This document shows, piece by piece, positions 17,509-32,400 of a stretch of 64,000 nt of DNA. The position numbers and the translations under genes were made by a program. Below the pieces are notes generated by a model that was not told the origin of the DNA, searched no databases, and was given only the letters and a program-made list of their open reading frames with translations. The DNA lies in contig CM120649.1 of NCBI GenBank assembly GCA_051362555.1, positions 11,904,001-11,968,000 of the forward strand. Direction: 5' to 3'. The DNA comes from Lingula anatina. Lineage: Eukaryota; Animalia; Brachiopoda. The number at the start of each line of letters is the position of its first letter. Position 1 is the stretch's first letter.

Positions 17509-19434
17509 ATGGCGATACCAGGAGTGAAATATGACGATGGGGGTGTTGGAGTTCCTGGCAATTGCTTTCCTGTCAGAAGTATATTCAAACAATCTGAGGA
17601 AGGTCAGTGTACATTTCAATCTCACAAAATTGAAACTGCATAGTTTGATACTGCGTATACTGTTCAGAGAACGTACAAATATAGTCGTTTCAGTCGAGAT
17701 TGTGGTAAATAAGGTCATGGACATAAGAAATGAGAACAAATGCATATAGCAGGCTTCTATCCAATGATGGCAAAAGTGTATTCTGCTTTAATTTTACTAG
17801 AAACTTGTTGAGTGAAAATCGTAACGTTGCTGGGTTTAAAACTACCCACAGGAAATAGCGCGAAATGTGGAGAACCAACCAATGCTACATTTCAGTTGCT
17901 GAAAAATTATAGGAGGGGATTTGGAAGGGGTGGGGGTTAAAGGGGTACGGGGGGTTGAGTTGGAGAGACAACAAATTGTCACCTTATTTATTAAGCATAT
18001 TTGCATTAAAAAAAGATTCCCCAGGTATTTTTATAGGTATTGCAGCCTCAATGATCATTTTCCAATACTCCTACATGTACAGTATCAGTATATATTAGAG
18101 GATGATGCATCAACATGATGATGCATAGGCATCTATTACTCAAGTCTGAATTTGCATTTTCAGTGTATCAATTATAGAGAGAGCAACCCATGTAACCCCA
18201 ACCCCTAATTTTATGATTTAAAAATTTTCAAATTACATATTAAACAAACGTGATGGATATTATTATTATTGTTGTTGTTGTTGTTATTGTTATTATTAAT
18301 TTGTTTGTGAATATATCACAGAAATTTATTACATACAGATATGTGCTCTATATAGCTCTTTCTTAATTCTATTTCATATTTAAGAATATGGAAAATAGGA
18401 TTTTCATAATGGCAAAGCCATCATGCATTATTATTTAAAAGAAATGAAATTCATTTTCAGGAGGAGGCGCATGGCTGGTCTCATTACGAGCAGAACAGCG
18501 TCGCCGCTTCAAGGCTGTTCTTTGTTCAAAGCCAAAGACATACTCACAGATCAAAGAAGAGAAAAAGCAATCAGCTGCCCCAATAAGCACTCCAAGACTA
18601 CAGGGCAATCTCAGTGATGAAGAGGAAGGAGAGACTTTAGATGGCTTCTACTTGGTCAGTTCATTTGCATACCTGCAATTGTCCTTTCGTTTATTTCTTC
18701 TTCTTCTTTTTTTTTTTTTTTATCCCAGAGGTGTATCACAGATTTTTCAGAAATAGAAGGTGGTTGGCTTCTGCAGTAGCAAATACTCCTATGCAGTCTC
18801 AAGTATCCCATGCAATCTTATGATATCACCTGGCTTTCAGTAGGAATGGGACTATTTATCTTTAAAGAATTTTTTTTTGCATGTGAGGACACTGGGGGGG
18901 GGGGTTATGGGAACAAGTACATTATATTTTCTAGCAATTTTGCTTAAAAAAATATCTTGACCAGTGAAGAAAGCTAGCTGTCCAGCTATTTAGGGTAAAA
19001 ATTGAGTTGTCTTGTCAAATTGCATGGTATACTGTGATACAGACAAAGGTAAGAAGATATTACCACTCTGGTCGGAGATACTTTACCATTTCCATATTAT
19101 ATTCAACCTTTCAGCTATACCTAACTTTTGGTTTGGCCCTCTTTCGTTGAATAGAAAGTAAAGAACTTTAAGATAATTTTTAATTGATAAAAACTATTGA
19201 TTATACACCATTGGGGAAAATTTAATTCAAGATGACCCAAGAAAAAAGTCAGCAGTATAATAATAATTTTATTCCTCTCCTGCAGATGAAGCACAGCTGT
19301 GTAGAGGACCCCTCAGACCTGTGTTCTGTGAACATCTGTGGGAAAGGAATCACTGAGGTGAAGGAGGAAGATCTGGGCCTCTTTGACAATGTGGCTTATG
19401 TCAATGCAGGGGAAAACTTCTTGCCATTCGGTAA

Positions 19435-19472
<38 letters not shown>

Positions 19473-22400
19473 TTTTGTGCTTGGGTAGATCTTTTGGATA
19501 GATTTGTATATTACTTAAATATCAGGATTGTAAGATAATAATTTTTTTTATATATTTCATTTTTTGATTGTTACTGAATTTGAAATTCTTTTCATTTCAG
19601 ATAAATTAATCCATGCCTTTTTTCTCCTATAAATCCCTTACCTATACAGTTTGATAAATTATGTTGAATGATTTATCATTATGTACTCAAAATATTTTTC
19701 CTCTTTTAATTTTTAAAATCTAGCATAAATTTTTTTTTTTTCATTGCAGAGGCATTCCGTGGTTTCCCTATTATTCGTGAATTAGAGATTCCACTTAATG
19801 GGTTAAGAGGAATACGTATTACACGCAAGGATTTTCCTCATTTGGAGGTAAATATTTTGATATGTATTTAAAACTACTTTTACATTTTGTGGACTATGTT
19901 TGGAACATCTTTGTATATAATTTGTAAATTGTCTGTTTTGATATTTGTGAGATTAAAAGAAATAAGTATCATTCACATTCATTCATTAGTTACCAGCACT
20001 TCCATAATCAACTTTTCCCTTTTTAGGTCCTTGATCTGTCATATAACAACCTGGCCAAGGAAGATATTCTAATGCTTGGCGTCATTCCAAAACTAAGGGT
20101 GCTACATTTAACAGGGAATAATTTTAAAGAGCTTCCACCTGATCTAGCTCAACCTTTTAAATCAGAAAAGTAAGTATTAATTTTAAATAAGTGAACTGTT
20201 AGCAAATGATCACTTTGGATTTTTTTTTTTTTGCAACATTTGTTTAAGAGTTTTAAAAAGTTCATTCATTTTGTGTTATAGTATTCTTTCATTTATTTAT
20301 TTATTATTATTATTATTATTGTTGTTTTTATTGTTGTAATTTTATAATGTATAAATATTAAAAGTTGTTTTGTTACAATTTCTTTGTTTTAGAAAAGTAA
20401 TTGTTGATACTGAACAAAAGATAATCAGTTATTTAATAATTATTTTATTTATTCAACTTGAATTACACGATTTTCAAAGAATCTTTTATACTGTTACATG
20501 TACTGATTATGCCATTTTAATACTTTATTTTCAGAGAGAAAAGAATGGAAAGATTTCCTGCTTTAGAAATATTATTTTTAGATGACAACAAACTGTCTGA
20601 TCTTTCAACTTTTTCTGCATTAGCTGGACTGAGGAGGTGAGATAGGATTTCATATTTTAGATAGGTTTTATGATCAATTGAGAAAAGGAAAAGGAACTAT
20701 AATCTATGCTCAAATTTTTTTTCCTTTTAATCAAAATATGGATATAGATAAATAAACCACCGCAGTGAAAAATTCTGACACAATATAAGAATTATTTCAT
20801 TCTACATTTTAGGCTGCGTCACCTCAGTCTGGAAAAGAACAACATTTTCTCAGTGCCACAGCTGAGGTTGGTGGGAGGTAGACTGATTACGCAAGAAAGT
20901 CCAGCCTTCAAGAAGATGAAGAAAAGCAAGACACCAAAGTCCAGGCCACTCAGTGCTAGAAGTCAAAGAAAAATGGAGGAAGAAGACAGAGATGGTGAGT
21001 GGTTAGATCATTCAAGGACATATAAGACGTTTATCAATAAACGTCCTTGGATTATCCATAGCAGTACATGTACTATAATATAGCAGTAATGGCTAATCCA
21101 GTGGAGGACACTTGCCCCTTCCTTAGCAGTGAACTTTTTCTTGCCATACTGCAATGTAATGATTTTGATATCGCAAAACGCACAACTGACTTTCTTGATG
21201 ATTGTTTTAAAGCTAGGGATATGAAAATTGCATCTATGCTGAAGAAAACCTAGATAAACTGCCGATGCAGTTCTCATATCCCCCTAAATAATAGTTTAAT
21301 ATAAGGTTTAGTGTAGCCTATTCTAGTTGAATTATTATTATTATTTATTTTTTTTTTTTTGTGGGGTGATCCCCATATCGATATATATTGTGTAGTACTT
21401 CTACTTTCCCTGCATTAGTTTAGACATTATAATGTATATCTAACTGTTTAATCACTCTGCAGATTACTTCTTGTATTTGTATTTGATCATGCCCGGATGT
21501 AGGGTGATTGTCAATAAACTTCTGATTCTTGTTCCTTAGCTTCTGAGGTACCTACACCCCTCTCGTAAAATTTATTTATTTATTTACTTAATATTTATTT
21601 ATTTCTCTCTAGCCACCAATATCACACTTGATGAGCTAAAAGCAAAGTTAGAGCAGCTGGACAGGGAGGAGGCTGCTGAGTCTGCATACCAGAGGGCAGT
21701 AGCGGAAGAGACAAGCCACATCCAAGCCGTAGAACAGCAGCAGGAAGCACTGAGAGCACAGACACCCTCTGGAAACCAGCAAATACCCCCTACAGAGAAA
21801 CAAACAGTCAATGAGGACATATCCCCAGCTGAGGTGCTTCCATCAGAGCAGCAAGTACCCCCTGCAGAGCAGGAAATACCTCCAGCTGATGTCCCCAAAT
21901 CTGGTCAAGATGCAGCCCCAGAAGTGCAACAGGCTCCTCCTATGGAAAACCAAGTTCCCCCATCCAATCAGAACACAGCTCCAGTTGAACAGCAGGCACC
22001 CCCTGCAGAGAATCCTGCAGCCAATCAGGACTTACCCCCTGCAGAGGTCCCTCCGCCCAATCAGAACACACCATTAGTAGAGCAGGAAATGGCACCTGCT
22101 GAGATACCAGAGTTGCCAGAGTTACCATCTCCTTTTATGACAGAGAGAGCGAACATCCCCCCTGCAGAGTCTGTGGAGCCTCGCATTGACATTCCCGCAG
22201 ACCAGGCGGATGCAGACGGGATCGCCATGCCACCCCCCTTCCCTGAGCTTCAGTACCTTAATCTGGCATTTAACCAGGTAAGACTGTTCATCAATTGACA
22301 GAGTGAGGGAAGATCCTCACTGGTGAAGTTCAGTCAGGACCAGTAATTTATTTATTTTTTATTTTTTTGAGGGTCTCATAATTGTCCTTAAGTTTTTAAT

Positions 22401-25400
22401 TAAAAATGGAAACTGTTGAACATTGGTTCAATCCTCATGACAATAAACCTTAATGCCATAAAAGCTCACCCATAGCAAAATGAAACATTTTCAGCAAACT
22501 ATCTGGTTTGTGTCAAACACTCTCAGAGAATTTGCAAGAAAAATCTGTTGCTGCAAATTTGCAAAAGTTTTTCTTTCCTTTTTTTTTTTTTTTAAATTCC
22601 ATAAATAACCTTTTCTTCAGATTGAAGACCAAGAAGCCCTCCTTCCCGTGGCTGCCTGGCCCATGCTCAATGAACTGGTCATCCATGACAACCCGCTGAC
22701 CACTCGGAACAGTGGTGAGCCCCCGATACTGAAGCAGTACCTCCAGGACAGGTTGGGTATCAGGGTGGTCAGGAAGAAACCACAACCAGCCATTAAGCCA
22801 CATGTGGAGGTGCCACAGAAGGCCAGCAGGAAGGTCAGTGTCCTGGAAACTACTTTTAACGCATTAATAATCACCAGGGGTGGGGCTGGTTTTATAAAAT
22901 ATCTTTAGCCTGAACATTGGTCTAAATTTATTGGCCAAAATTATAATCTAAAGCAGGAAAATATTTAAAAAAACTGGCATTTTAAACCAGCTTTTAACCA
23001 TTACTTGAGCCTCCTTGAGAAATAGTCAGATGCATATAAGATAGATGTATTGCCAAAATAAAGAGCAGTATGCACTGATCACAATAACCATTTACATATT
23101 GCATGTTCTGTGCACTTTTTTTTTATCAGTTGAAAATTGTTGGTCGTTGCAATATAATTCATTTGAGTATTTGATGTATGTCACTTCTTGCAGGTAAAGA
23201 CAGTGGTGCCACCTATTCCACGGTGCAATGTTGATGAACTGCTGGCACTCGAGGCACCAAAGAGGATGAGATCCCTCCCCTCCTCCGCTCCTTCCTCTCG
23301 CAATGTCACCCCAGGGGGAATGGACCCGAGTAAACCCCTCCCTCCCATTGCCCAGTCTCCAAAGCAGAGGTCAAGGCCACAGTCTGCTGGGTCAGTACCA
23401 CATGACATGAGGTCAGAGGTCAAGGGTGAAAGGTCAAACCAAGAACCAGGAGAGGCATGGCCTCCTCAGCAACAAGAAACTGAAGAAGATGGAGATACTT
23501 TCTTCATGACACAGGTAGATTAATATTGGCTAAAGAATATATTGATGTTTATTTTTTCACTGGTTTTGAAATATCCAAGCACATATTGTCAGAACATTTT
23601 TATACAAATCTCAGTTCACAGGTACCTTAATCTGGCTATCATTATTGTTTTTGGAAACTCTTTTTGAAAAATAGAGTTGAATTTTTTTAAACATATAAAT
23701 ACACTGGTATTTTACATATGTCCTGTTTTAATGTGCAATTTGACTATTTTATGCATTTTTCAGATTGATGAAAACATCACAAAAGATCAACCTAGGCCTC
23801 CAAAGGAGACTCAGAAACCTGAAAAACAAAGGAAAAAGAAGACTGTCCCGGGGCATTATAAGGGATACGAAATTTTGTTAGATGCACCAGAGGACCCCAA
23901 TACTCATATCCCCAAAGGTAAACATTCCTCTAATATCTCTGTCTTTATCTGAAAATCAATCCTAAATCTGTATCTGCCAAATTTTCTTTCTCTCTCTCTC
24001 TTTATTTGATGACTTTTTTCTTTGCTCAAGACTCCCCTTAGATAAAGTGGATTCCAAATTCAAAAATACAGAAAAAAAATTGAAAGACTTTCAGTGCCAG
24101 GTAGATGGGCTTGATATATCCTGTATTTTGAAATTCCAAAAGGACAGTCACATTCTATAGACTCTGAGATAATAGTTATCTGCCATACTTCTGGTATTTT
24201 TTCATTATCTACATTACCATTATTATGTAGCAAAATTTCATTATGACAAATATTATTTGCAATAAACTGTTATTATATTTGTTTGCAGTAATTCATTATA
24301 ATCATTTTTTTTTATTATTACATTGCAGACCTACAAGGCAGTGTGCGTGCCCTAAAACAGATGCTGGATCACCCCATAGTATTCAGGGACAATGTGGTCC
24401 AGCTGGACAGGATACAGAAACCTTTTGAACCATATAAACAGGTGAGACATCTGCATTTCTTCTGGCACAATATGATTTTCGCCAGGCACACCTAACACAA
24501 TGCATTTCCTCTGGCCAGTCACACCTAACACAATGCATTTCCTCTGGCCAGGCACACCTAACACAATGCATTTCTTCTGGCTAGGCACACCTAACACAAT
24601 GCATTTCTTCTGGCCAGGCACACCTAACACAATGCAGCATTCAGAACAGTGGACTAACTTGTCTAAGGGTCAAATATGGCCTACCAACTTGAATACTTCT
24701 GCACCGGGTATCTATTCAGTGTCTATTAGTGGATAAGACGGCAAGCTTTAACACAATGTCCACTATTTTCCCATGTAATGGTGCGTTGCTTACCAATACC
24801 TTATAAATGTATTTTAAACACAATGTCATTCCTGAAATTCATCAGAAGGCCCTGGAACTGTATTAGAAATGGGAAATTTATTTCTCACATTGAAAGTTCA
24901 TCCATAATTCTACACTGAATTTCCTTCCAGCATAAATACCTTAGTGATGTCCCTCCCAAAACATACCAAGAGAAAGTAGACGACATGCTGACGGAGATGA
25001 AGACAAGGACCGCGGTAACAGAGGCTCCACTTAACGTGGCTTTGAAGGACAAGAGAAAGATGAAGGACTTTCCTGAGGCACCTACTTTACTTGGGGATGT
25101 AAGTACATTGTGGGTGGATGTTTATAGTTATGAAAGTTGAGCTAAATTTTGTCAGTTTGTTGTGGCTTCTGATTGGGGAGCCCATCTTTCTTCTGGCTCT
25201 GGTGTGACCTTTCACCTTTAACCTATGACATAAAAGAAGCATAATTTTTCAATGCTTCATGATTTTGTTAAGACCCTACATCACAGGATTTTTGTTGTGT
25301 TATGTCAAATAATTTTTATCTTGTTATGCAATATTATTCTTCATCTCAACTTATTCAATTTAAAATATATTTTGCATGATTTTTTGATATTTTCAGGTCC

Positions 25401-25507
25401 AGAGAAAATACAATGCTGTGAGAACAGCATCCATGCATGACGCCAGGGAGGCTAGGAAAGCACTGAAATCCACTTTAGATGAAGTGTCTAAGAAAAACCA
25501 GAAATAG
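17509..25507 (+). CDS. XRRA1: X-ray radiation resistance-associated protein 1 (LRR protein), ~14 coding exons
   Basis: Starts MAIPGVKYDDGGVGVPGNCFPVR (recalled human MAFSGIYKLDDGKPYLNNCFPAR). Later peptides: HSCVEDPSDLCSVNI, FDNVAYVNAGENFLP, LRR units (LDLSYNNL, LHLTGNNF, LDDNKLSD, LSLEKNNI), PPFPELQYLNLAFNQI, ALLPVAAWPMLNELVIHDNPL, TFFMTQ, YKGYEILL. Exons approx 17509-17602, 18461-18654, 19286-19430, 19750-19846, 20026-20169, 20534-20636, 20813-20994, 21612-22277, 22621-22833, 23194-23514, 23764-23917, 24329-24441, 24931-25098, 25397-25507. Confidence 0.88.
21095..21530 (+). mobile_element. Possible degenerate 3' fragment of a non-LTR retrotransposon in an XRRA1 intron
   Basis: Intronic peptide TCPFLSSELFLAILQCNDFDIAKRTTDFLDDCFKAR resembles in style the C-terminus of CR1/L2-type ORF2; followed by AATAAA (~21513) and a short TTCTGATTCTTG tail. 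No catalytic motifs seen. Confidence 0.3.
24460..24636 (+). repeat. 33-bp minisatellite (~5 copies) in an XRRA1 intron
   Basis: Unit GCCAGGCACACCTAACACAATGCATTTC(C/T)TCTG repeated directly after the donor at 24442. Confidence 0.9.
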
Positions 25508-26691
25508 CATAATGTATGACAATAATTCCAGTATGACACTTTGTTGGTGTAATTACGTAATATGTCATTATTGAAAAATGTGAAGCATTGTTTATCAGAT
25601 TAGATGCTTTCACAGCCAGAAGCAGTAACAGTTGAATTTCCGACAGATTTGAGGGCAAGAACACAGCACCATTTACGTATTATTGTACACACATTTAGAG
25701 TTGGTGCTGCTCTCTTTGTGTGTGTGTGTAGTACACTTTAAACACATATTGTGCTGCACTCTTCTGGTTGGACTGAACTTTGAATTGCTGACATAATGTT
25801 ATGTGATTTAATCATTAAAACAGTGGATAATCATGATTAACAAATTATCCTTATGTCACATGCATTATATGAAGTGAGATATGATTGCCATACTGAATTT
25901 GGAGTCAAATTTATGTATATTTATTAAGAAAATGTAGAAAGTGTAATATATCTTTGAAAATGAATGCTTGTATATTTATGTGTAATTTTTTCTAAAGAAA
26001 ATAAAAAAATATATAATATATTGTTCCTTTTTTTCTTCTTTTTGGGTGGTATTACAAGAACCATTTAATAGATATTCTGAAAAAATGTGATATGCCTTTT
26101 TAATATTAATTCTGATGTACAGCGGATAAAAAAAATACAGAAAAAGGATTAAAGTATTATGAAGTAACTTAACTGGATTTTATTTCAAAAAAATATGTTG
26201 ATGCAGATGAAGATAAAATTTGACACTCAAATGTTATAATCTGCATGGACTAAATTAAACAGAAATCTAAGTTCTTGTCACTGGTGAATAATCTAGGTGA
26301 TGGCTTTATCTATACAAGATATGATGTATAAAATTAAGGTATCTTGGTTCAACTGAGTGTTCATCTACTGTTATTCTTTTCATAATAATACATGGAAAAC
26401 TGAGAATTATTGTCTGTTCTCTATCAATCATGTCAATATATACACATAATGAATTCTTCTGTGAAACTTTTAAACTTTGAATATGTTGAGCAAAAATGTT
26501 CATTAGCTTGGTAGTTGGATATGTTACAAATATATTTATTCTTCAGTTGAAATGACACCAGCATTAAAAAAAAACATGAGGTAATGAAAGAAAACCAGAA
26601 ATAGTTAATTTTATTAACCAGACAATAAGGGGGTAAATCCTAGCATTAAAAGTGCCAGTATTTTGAATATAAATCATTTTTAACTGCTGTG

Positions 26692-29370
26692 TTAATTGTC
26701 AAGATCCTCAATTAGCGTGTCAACAAATGTCTGTGGTGTCAACTCTTCACCCAGGAGATCTGAAATAAAAAAGTGGTCATTAATCCGCAATACTCATTAC
26801 TAAACGATTCACAGGCATTAGTGAATAACAGTATGAAGAAAACAGATCTGTACCCTAACTGCTAAATGTTTTGCAAGTTACAGATGAATAAACAGAACAT
26901 ATGAAATAACCTATTTCTTTGATTTTATAAAATTTTCTGAATCGATGCACCTACTTATTCATTTCTTTCTTTACTTTCTTTTATTTTCATTATAATTACA
27001 ACTGTTATTATCATTCTTGTTACTACAAGATTGTTGTATATTATGTTTCTTGCACTTTGGTCATAATGCTGTCTGTACATGCCATGTATTATATGTATAT
27101 GTCAATCTGTATGTGTATTTCTACTAAGTGTTGATGTATCATGTATTCATCATGAACAGTTTGACAAAGAATTATTGTTCATAACTTATATGATACTTCC
27201 ATGATACACTTATAAAACATTATTCAACTTAAAGTATAATTGAACTGATGTGAAGCAAAGATCATTCGGCTTATTGAAATCTTGCCCATGCCCACCTTGT
27301 AAAAGCTCTAATGGCGGTTTCTGTCCTCCGTGAGCCAGCACTTTCTGGCGATATTGTTCGCCCATTGTTCTGAATGACAGGAGCAAATCAAGGTCAACTT
27401 CACTGCATTAAACATACGTTAATATGATTAACTATTTGTGTGAACTCAAAATTAGTTGTATGGATAGCAGTTCTGGGGACATTTTTCTTTTAATATGAGA
27501 GGAAAAATTAAATCTAATACTGGAAATGGGAAGTTATTAATATGCAATGATCCAACATTGTGATCGGTACCACTGATCTCCTGAAGCCCAGTATTCAATT
27601 TTTTTTTTTTTTCTCTTACATGACATCATTCTACTGGATGAATCAGAATAATCACTCTCATTTTTGAATATGGTATACATTGGTGTATAAGGGAAAAGTG
27701 TTGAAGTTTTTTTTTCCAATTCTTTTTTTTTTTGCAACATGAAGGTTTAACACAGCCTTGGAGGTGAACCATCTGGTAAGATGTCTTACCTGTTAAAGGG
27801 GTCATCCCTGAAGCACCTCTGCCAGATCTTGGCAGCCAGAGCCTTGGAGAGGAGATAGGAGTAATAGCGAGCACCATAACCAGCAATATGGGAAAACCTC
27901 AGCTGCCACGCCTGAAACATATACAATTAATCTGAGCCATCATCGTACAGAGTTGTGTCCTAGATTTTCAGTACTAAATACTAAATTGTGGAAAATTCTT
28001 AACTGTCCAGCATATGATTTATAAGACCGATACTGTTAGAATAAAACAGCTTTTTGAAACAACTTTTATTTATTCAATATGATGTTTATCTGCTATTGGC
28101 GAAAGACTTGTCAGTATCGTATTGCTCCAAAGGACAAAGTTTCCAAATTATCCCAATTTTTCTTGAACTACTTTAAAGGAATATTATGTCTAGTGACTCA
28201 GAAAAATACTTACAGTGCCTGGCACGTAGGGCACCCCCAGATACTCATTCTGTACTTCAGCTAAAATGTCTGTCGTACTTTTACCCAGAGGATGTTTTCC
28301 ATGGTAGACTTGGTCCAACATACTGTGGAATACTGACTGCTGGAGGGTCTGGAATCATAATACTGTGTCAATCACACATAGGTGCTTAGCATTTTAAAGT
28401 TAGAAACTCAGGGGTGGGGCTTAGGCTTCAGGAATACTGACTTTTAATGTATATATGTGATGAAAAACAAAATTAGTGTTGTGGCAATCAAATGGATGCT
28501 AAGTGTCAGTACCCTAGGGATGGTGCTCAGGCACCAGGAATAATGATTGTTGGAAAGACTGTGATAAAAAACAAATCAGCATTGTGTCAATCAAATAGAT
28601 GCTAAGCAACAATATCCTAGGGGCACACAAAATACTGATTGTCTGTGATGAAAAGCAAATCCAAACAGTAACTTTAAGGTGGAGCTCAAGCATATATTTT
28701 TCATGCAACATGCTATCACTTCTTTTTAATATTGCTTATTGCTTTTTGATATTGCTTAAAATGATGTGAGTTTCAAAATCATTTCTCTTAATTTTTTTTT
28801 CTGAATCATTAAATTTTGAATCAACAAATAATGACTCAAGTAAATAAAATTTACCAGAGCAGGAAAAGTTTTCTTTGAATTGTGTATCCCCTGCACCATC
28901 TGACTTGGCATTTCCTCCCCCGTCTTGTAATGGCGGGCAAAACTGGAAATCACCTATGAGAAAAAACGATTTTGATTTTTACTAATTCATTAACTTTACA
29001 TCTCTCCATACTTTGCCACAGAAGCCATCTGAACTAGTTTGTACTGTGGATACTAGGCTCTTAACATTTATTAATTATTACAAATCTGGCTTGAAGAAAG
29101 AAAACGAGCAACAGATCGTTGACTGCAAGTGCAGCTTTTAAGAAATTCAGGAACACATACCCTTGGATCAAGTGCAAAATACTCCATCAAGATTGAAGGG
29201 ACTTCAGCAAAGTCTGTGCTGCACCTCGTACCTAGCATGATAAAATACCAAAATTGAGAGAGAGGGGTCAACATGTTTTATCCACTGGCATGGGAAATCT
29301 GCACAAAAGTCTAACTACATAATTTTATAACAGTGGATACTTTTTCATACATTTTCATAAAATTCTCTCT

Positions 29371-29410
<40 letters not shown>

Positions 29411-32400
29411 ATGCACAAAATGTTAACAACCATATCTACAATGGCAGCTATCAACCATTGCATGCTAAGAATATCCTCATGCTTTATATTAGTTCTTAAT
29501 GTATATGTTTTTCTTCCCAGTGCCTAATGTGTATATGTATGTATGTATACATGCATGCGTGTCCATGCTCACTCATGTGCATGCACGCACGCACACACAC
29601 ACACCCTCCCCTATATGTACCTGTCACGTGCTGGTACCTGGTCCTGCCTAGCATGGAGTGCATGGCGTGCCCCATCTCGTGCCACAGGTTCTCCAGCTGG
29701 GAGTGTGTCAGCAAACAGGGCACGGTGCTCCCTGGGGGGACCAGGTTCATGTACAGGGCTACCTTGGGCAGCTGGAAGATATGATTAAGATATTACAGAG
29801 TAGAGTGTTTGGAAATAGGATCAAAAATGCACATATATATATATGTGTGAAGTGTGCTTTTTTGGGGCAGATAAAGAGGATGCAGTGTAAGAAATATATC
29901 ACGTATACCATTACTACATGTAGGCGCTGTATGTTACTGCCAGCGTTTACCGTAATTACTGTTCTTAGTAGATGACTGTTACTGTTTTTACTACATATAA
30001 TAGTTGAGATATAATAATAATTATTATTATTATTATCTTTTTATTTTATTTATTCATTTATTTTTTTTTTTTGGACTGTCCTACCTGATATTCACCATCT
30101 GGTAGCTGTCGTCCTCCCTGGATTGTGAAATGACACGGCTGAAAGTATACAACCAGTCTTAGTGTTATATTTCATAGACACCTATATTTTTCATATTCAT
30201 GAAGCAAAAGTTACATTATTTTATAAATGGCATGAAAATACTTTATAAACAGTTTGTCTAAATTGAAAACATGACTGAACAGTCTTTGATTATCCAAAAG
30301 CTGATCAGGAACAGGATTTTAACAGATAACCAACTTCAACAGTCAGTATTTTTATAATTACTGATGATTACTTGAATTATTTCCCTCCTCTAACGATATC
30401 AATTATTTGACATAATAATTTTTTAAAAATATAATGGTTATCCTTGTGAACAATGAAACGGTGCGAAATAAAAATAAAACTTCAGAAAAGCATACCTGGT
30501 TGTTTTTCCTATATCTCAAAAAGAAGTCACAGTATATATAACCCAGTACTCCCTCTGTTTTATGTGTTACTGCCTGCAATACAAACAACACAAACACTGA
30601 GAAATAAATTGTTTGAATAAATTTAAGTCTTTTTGGTAATAGCTCAAATGTAAAATCAGTTAAGCAAGACACAAATCAATAAATGAACTTTTTTTTGACA
30701 ATGTAAATGCTTTTATAATTTATAGAATTCATATAAAAAGAGACTAGGAAGAGCTATCAATTATACGAAACAAAAAATATAAAAGATAAATTTAACATGC
30801 ACGCAGACAAACTAAAAACAAACTAAATTGCCCAATAACCTGATATGAATTACAATCATTATTTGGTACATTTTACTGTAAAATACTACACATTGTACCC
30901 CAATGCACAGAACATAGATACTACCTCATCACATCCAACACCCTTACCAGTTTATGTACATCACTAGCCCAAAGTTCCCCTCGGGCAGGTTCCACATGAC
31001 ACAAGTTGATATCGTATAATTTACTAAACAACTGGTCCAGGCCGTCCATACAGGCACCCAGGGACAGGTAGGAGGCAGCCTCTATCTCGTTATAGCCGTC
31101 GCTCTGTTCTGCCACAGCCTGGGACATATAGTAAGCAAGGTCCCACGGCATGACCTCCTGATAGAAATTTAAGAAGAAAATATCAAATGGGTGAGGGGAG
31201 AGGAGGGGTCTAGAGAAAAATGGAATCAAAAGGAAAGGAGGGATGACCAGCAGGAAGGGAATTGCAAAGTAGCCCTTAGATGGCTTAATCTTCCAGCGCA
31301 ATTTCTATAACACTTTTTTTTCTATAATAAAGAAAGGAGGAATATATTTCAGCTAATCTTAATTTATTTTGAAGAACTCTAGCATAAAAATAAATATATA
31401 TTAGCAAAACTGAACACAGCAACTTTCCAGATTTAAGAGAATGATGTTTATTTTGTAAAAATGAACTGAATACCACAGTATTACCTTATTAGTAGCTGCA
31501 CTATCAAGACTTTTCATTTCTTTGATGATGTTTAATTCTTCTTTTACTCTGAAAAAAAAATCAGTGAATTAAGTGCACTCACAATTAAAAGACATTCCTC
31601 TAAATAGAATGAAGGGGAAAAGAAGAAATCGACCAACAAGGTTGGGTTCAACAAGATGAATCTACATACAGATTTTCGTTGATATTCGTAATTTGATATT
31701 GAAATGTCTGCTTAACAATCTTTTTTTTTTTTTTTATTGTTTTTATTACCCATTTTACAGAGGAATGCCATTGAACATAACAATTTTTACATTAAATCCT
31801 GAAATATTAATGAGTCAATATGCAAATTTCTATGTCCTAGAGTATTGTACCTCCTCTTACAAATCTTAAGTATTTTATAAACAAGAAAGTCAGGTTAATG
31901 AAGTCTAGTATTTTTGAAATCAATAAATCATAGCAATCAATAAATATCTATATAAAGGTATACAAAACAGATTTGTTCAAAGTGAGTGTGCAGGAAGGAA
32001 GAATGATGATTAAAACTAATATGAATTACGTATTTAAATCAGCAAAAACAAAAACATCACAGCACCTCTATAAAGTGGGTTTATATATAAACACATATTG
32101 ACATGGACAAGACATAGGACACCTTTCACTCACTCATTCATTCATATAGTAACAAGTCATTAATATACATGTATTAATTATATTTCCAAAGTTATGTGAT
32201 TCAAATATAGCCCCCACTTTTTTTCAAATTTTTGAAGACAATTATTTCTCTGAGAAATTTGTTTTTCTACTTTGCAATAATATTGTATTTCAAATTTCAA
32301 ACTATCCAGGCATGGCAGATTCTTTCTCATTTTTTGTTTATAAATATGTAATCTTGCTAATGCAATAAACAGATTTAGCAGTTTATACTTTTTCCCAATT

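Noticed and set aside
24460-24636. Regularly spaced 33-bp repeats resembling a CRISPR array
   Set aside because: Head-to-tail minisatellite with no unique spacers, in a eukaryotic intron, with no cas genes.
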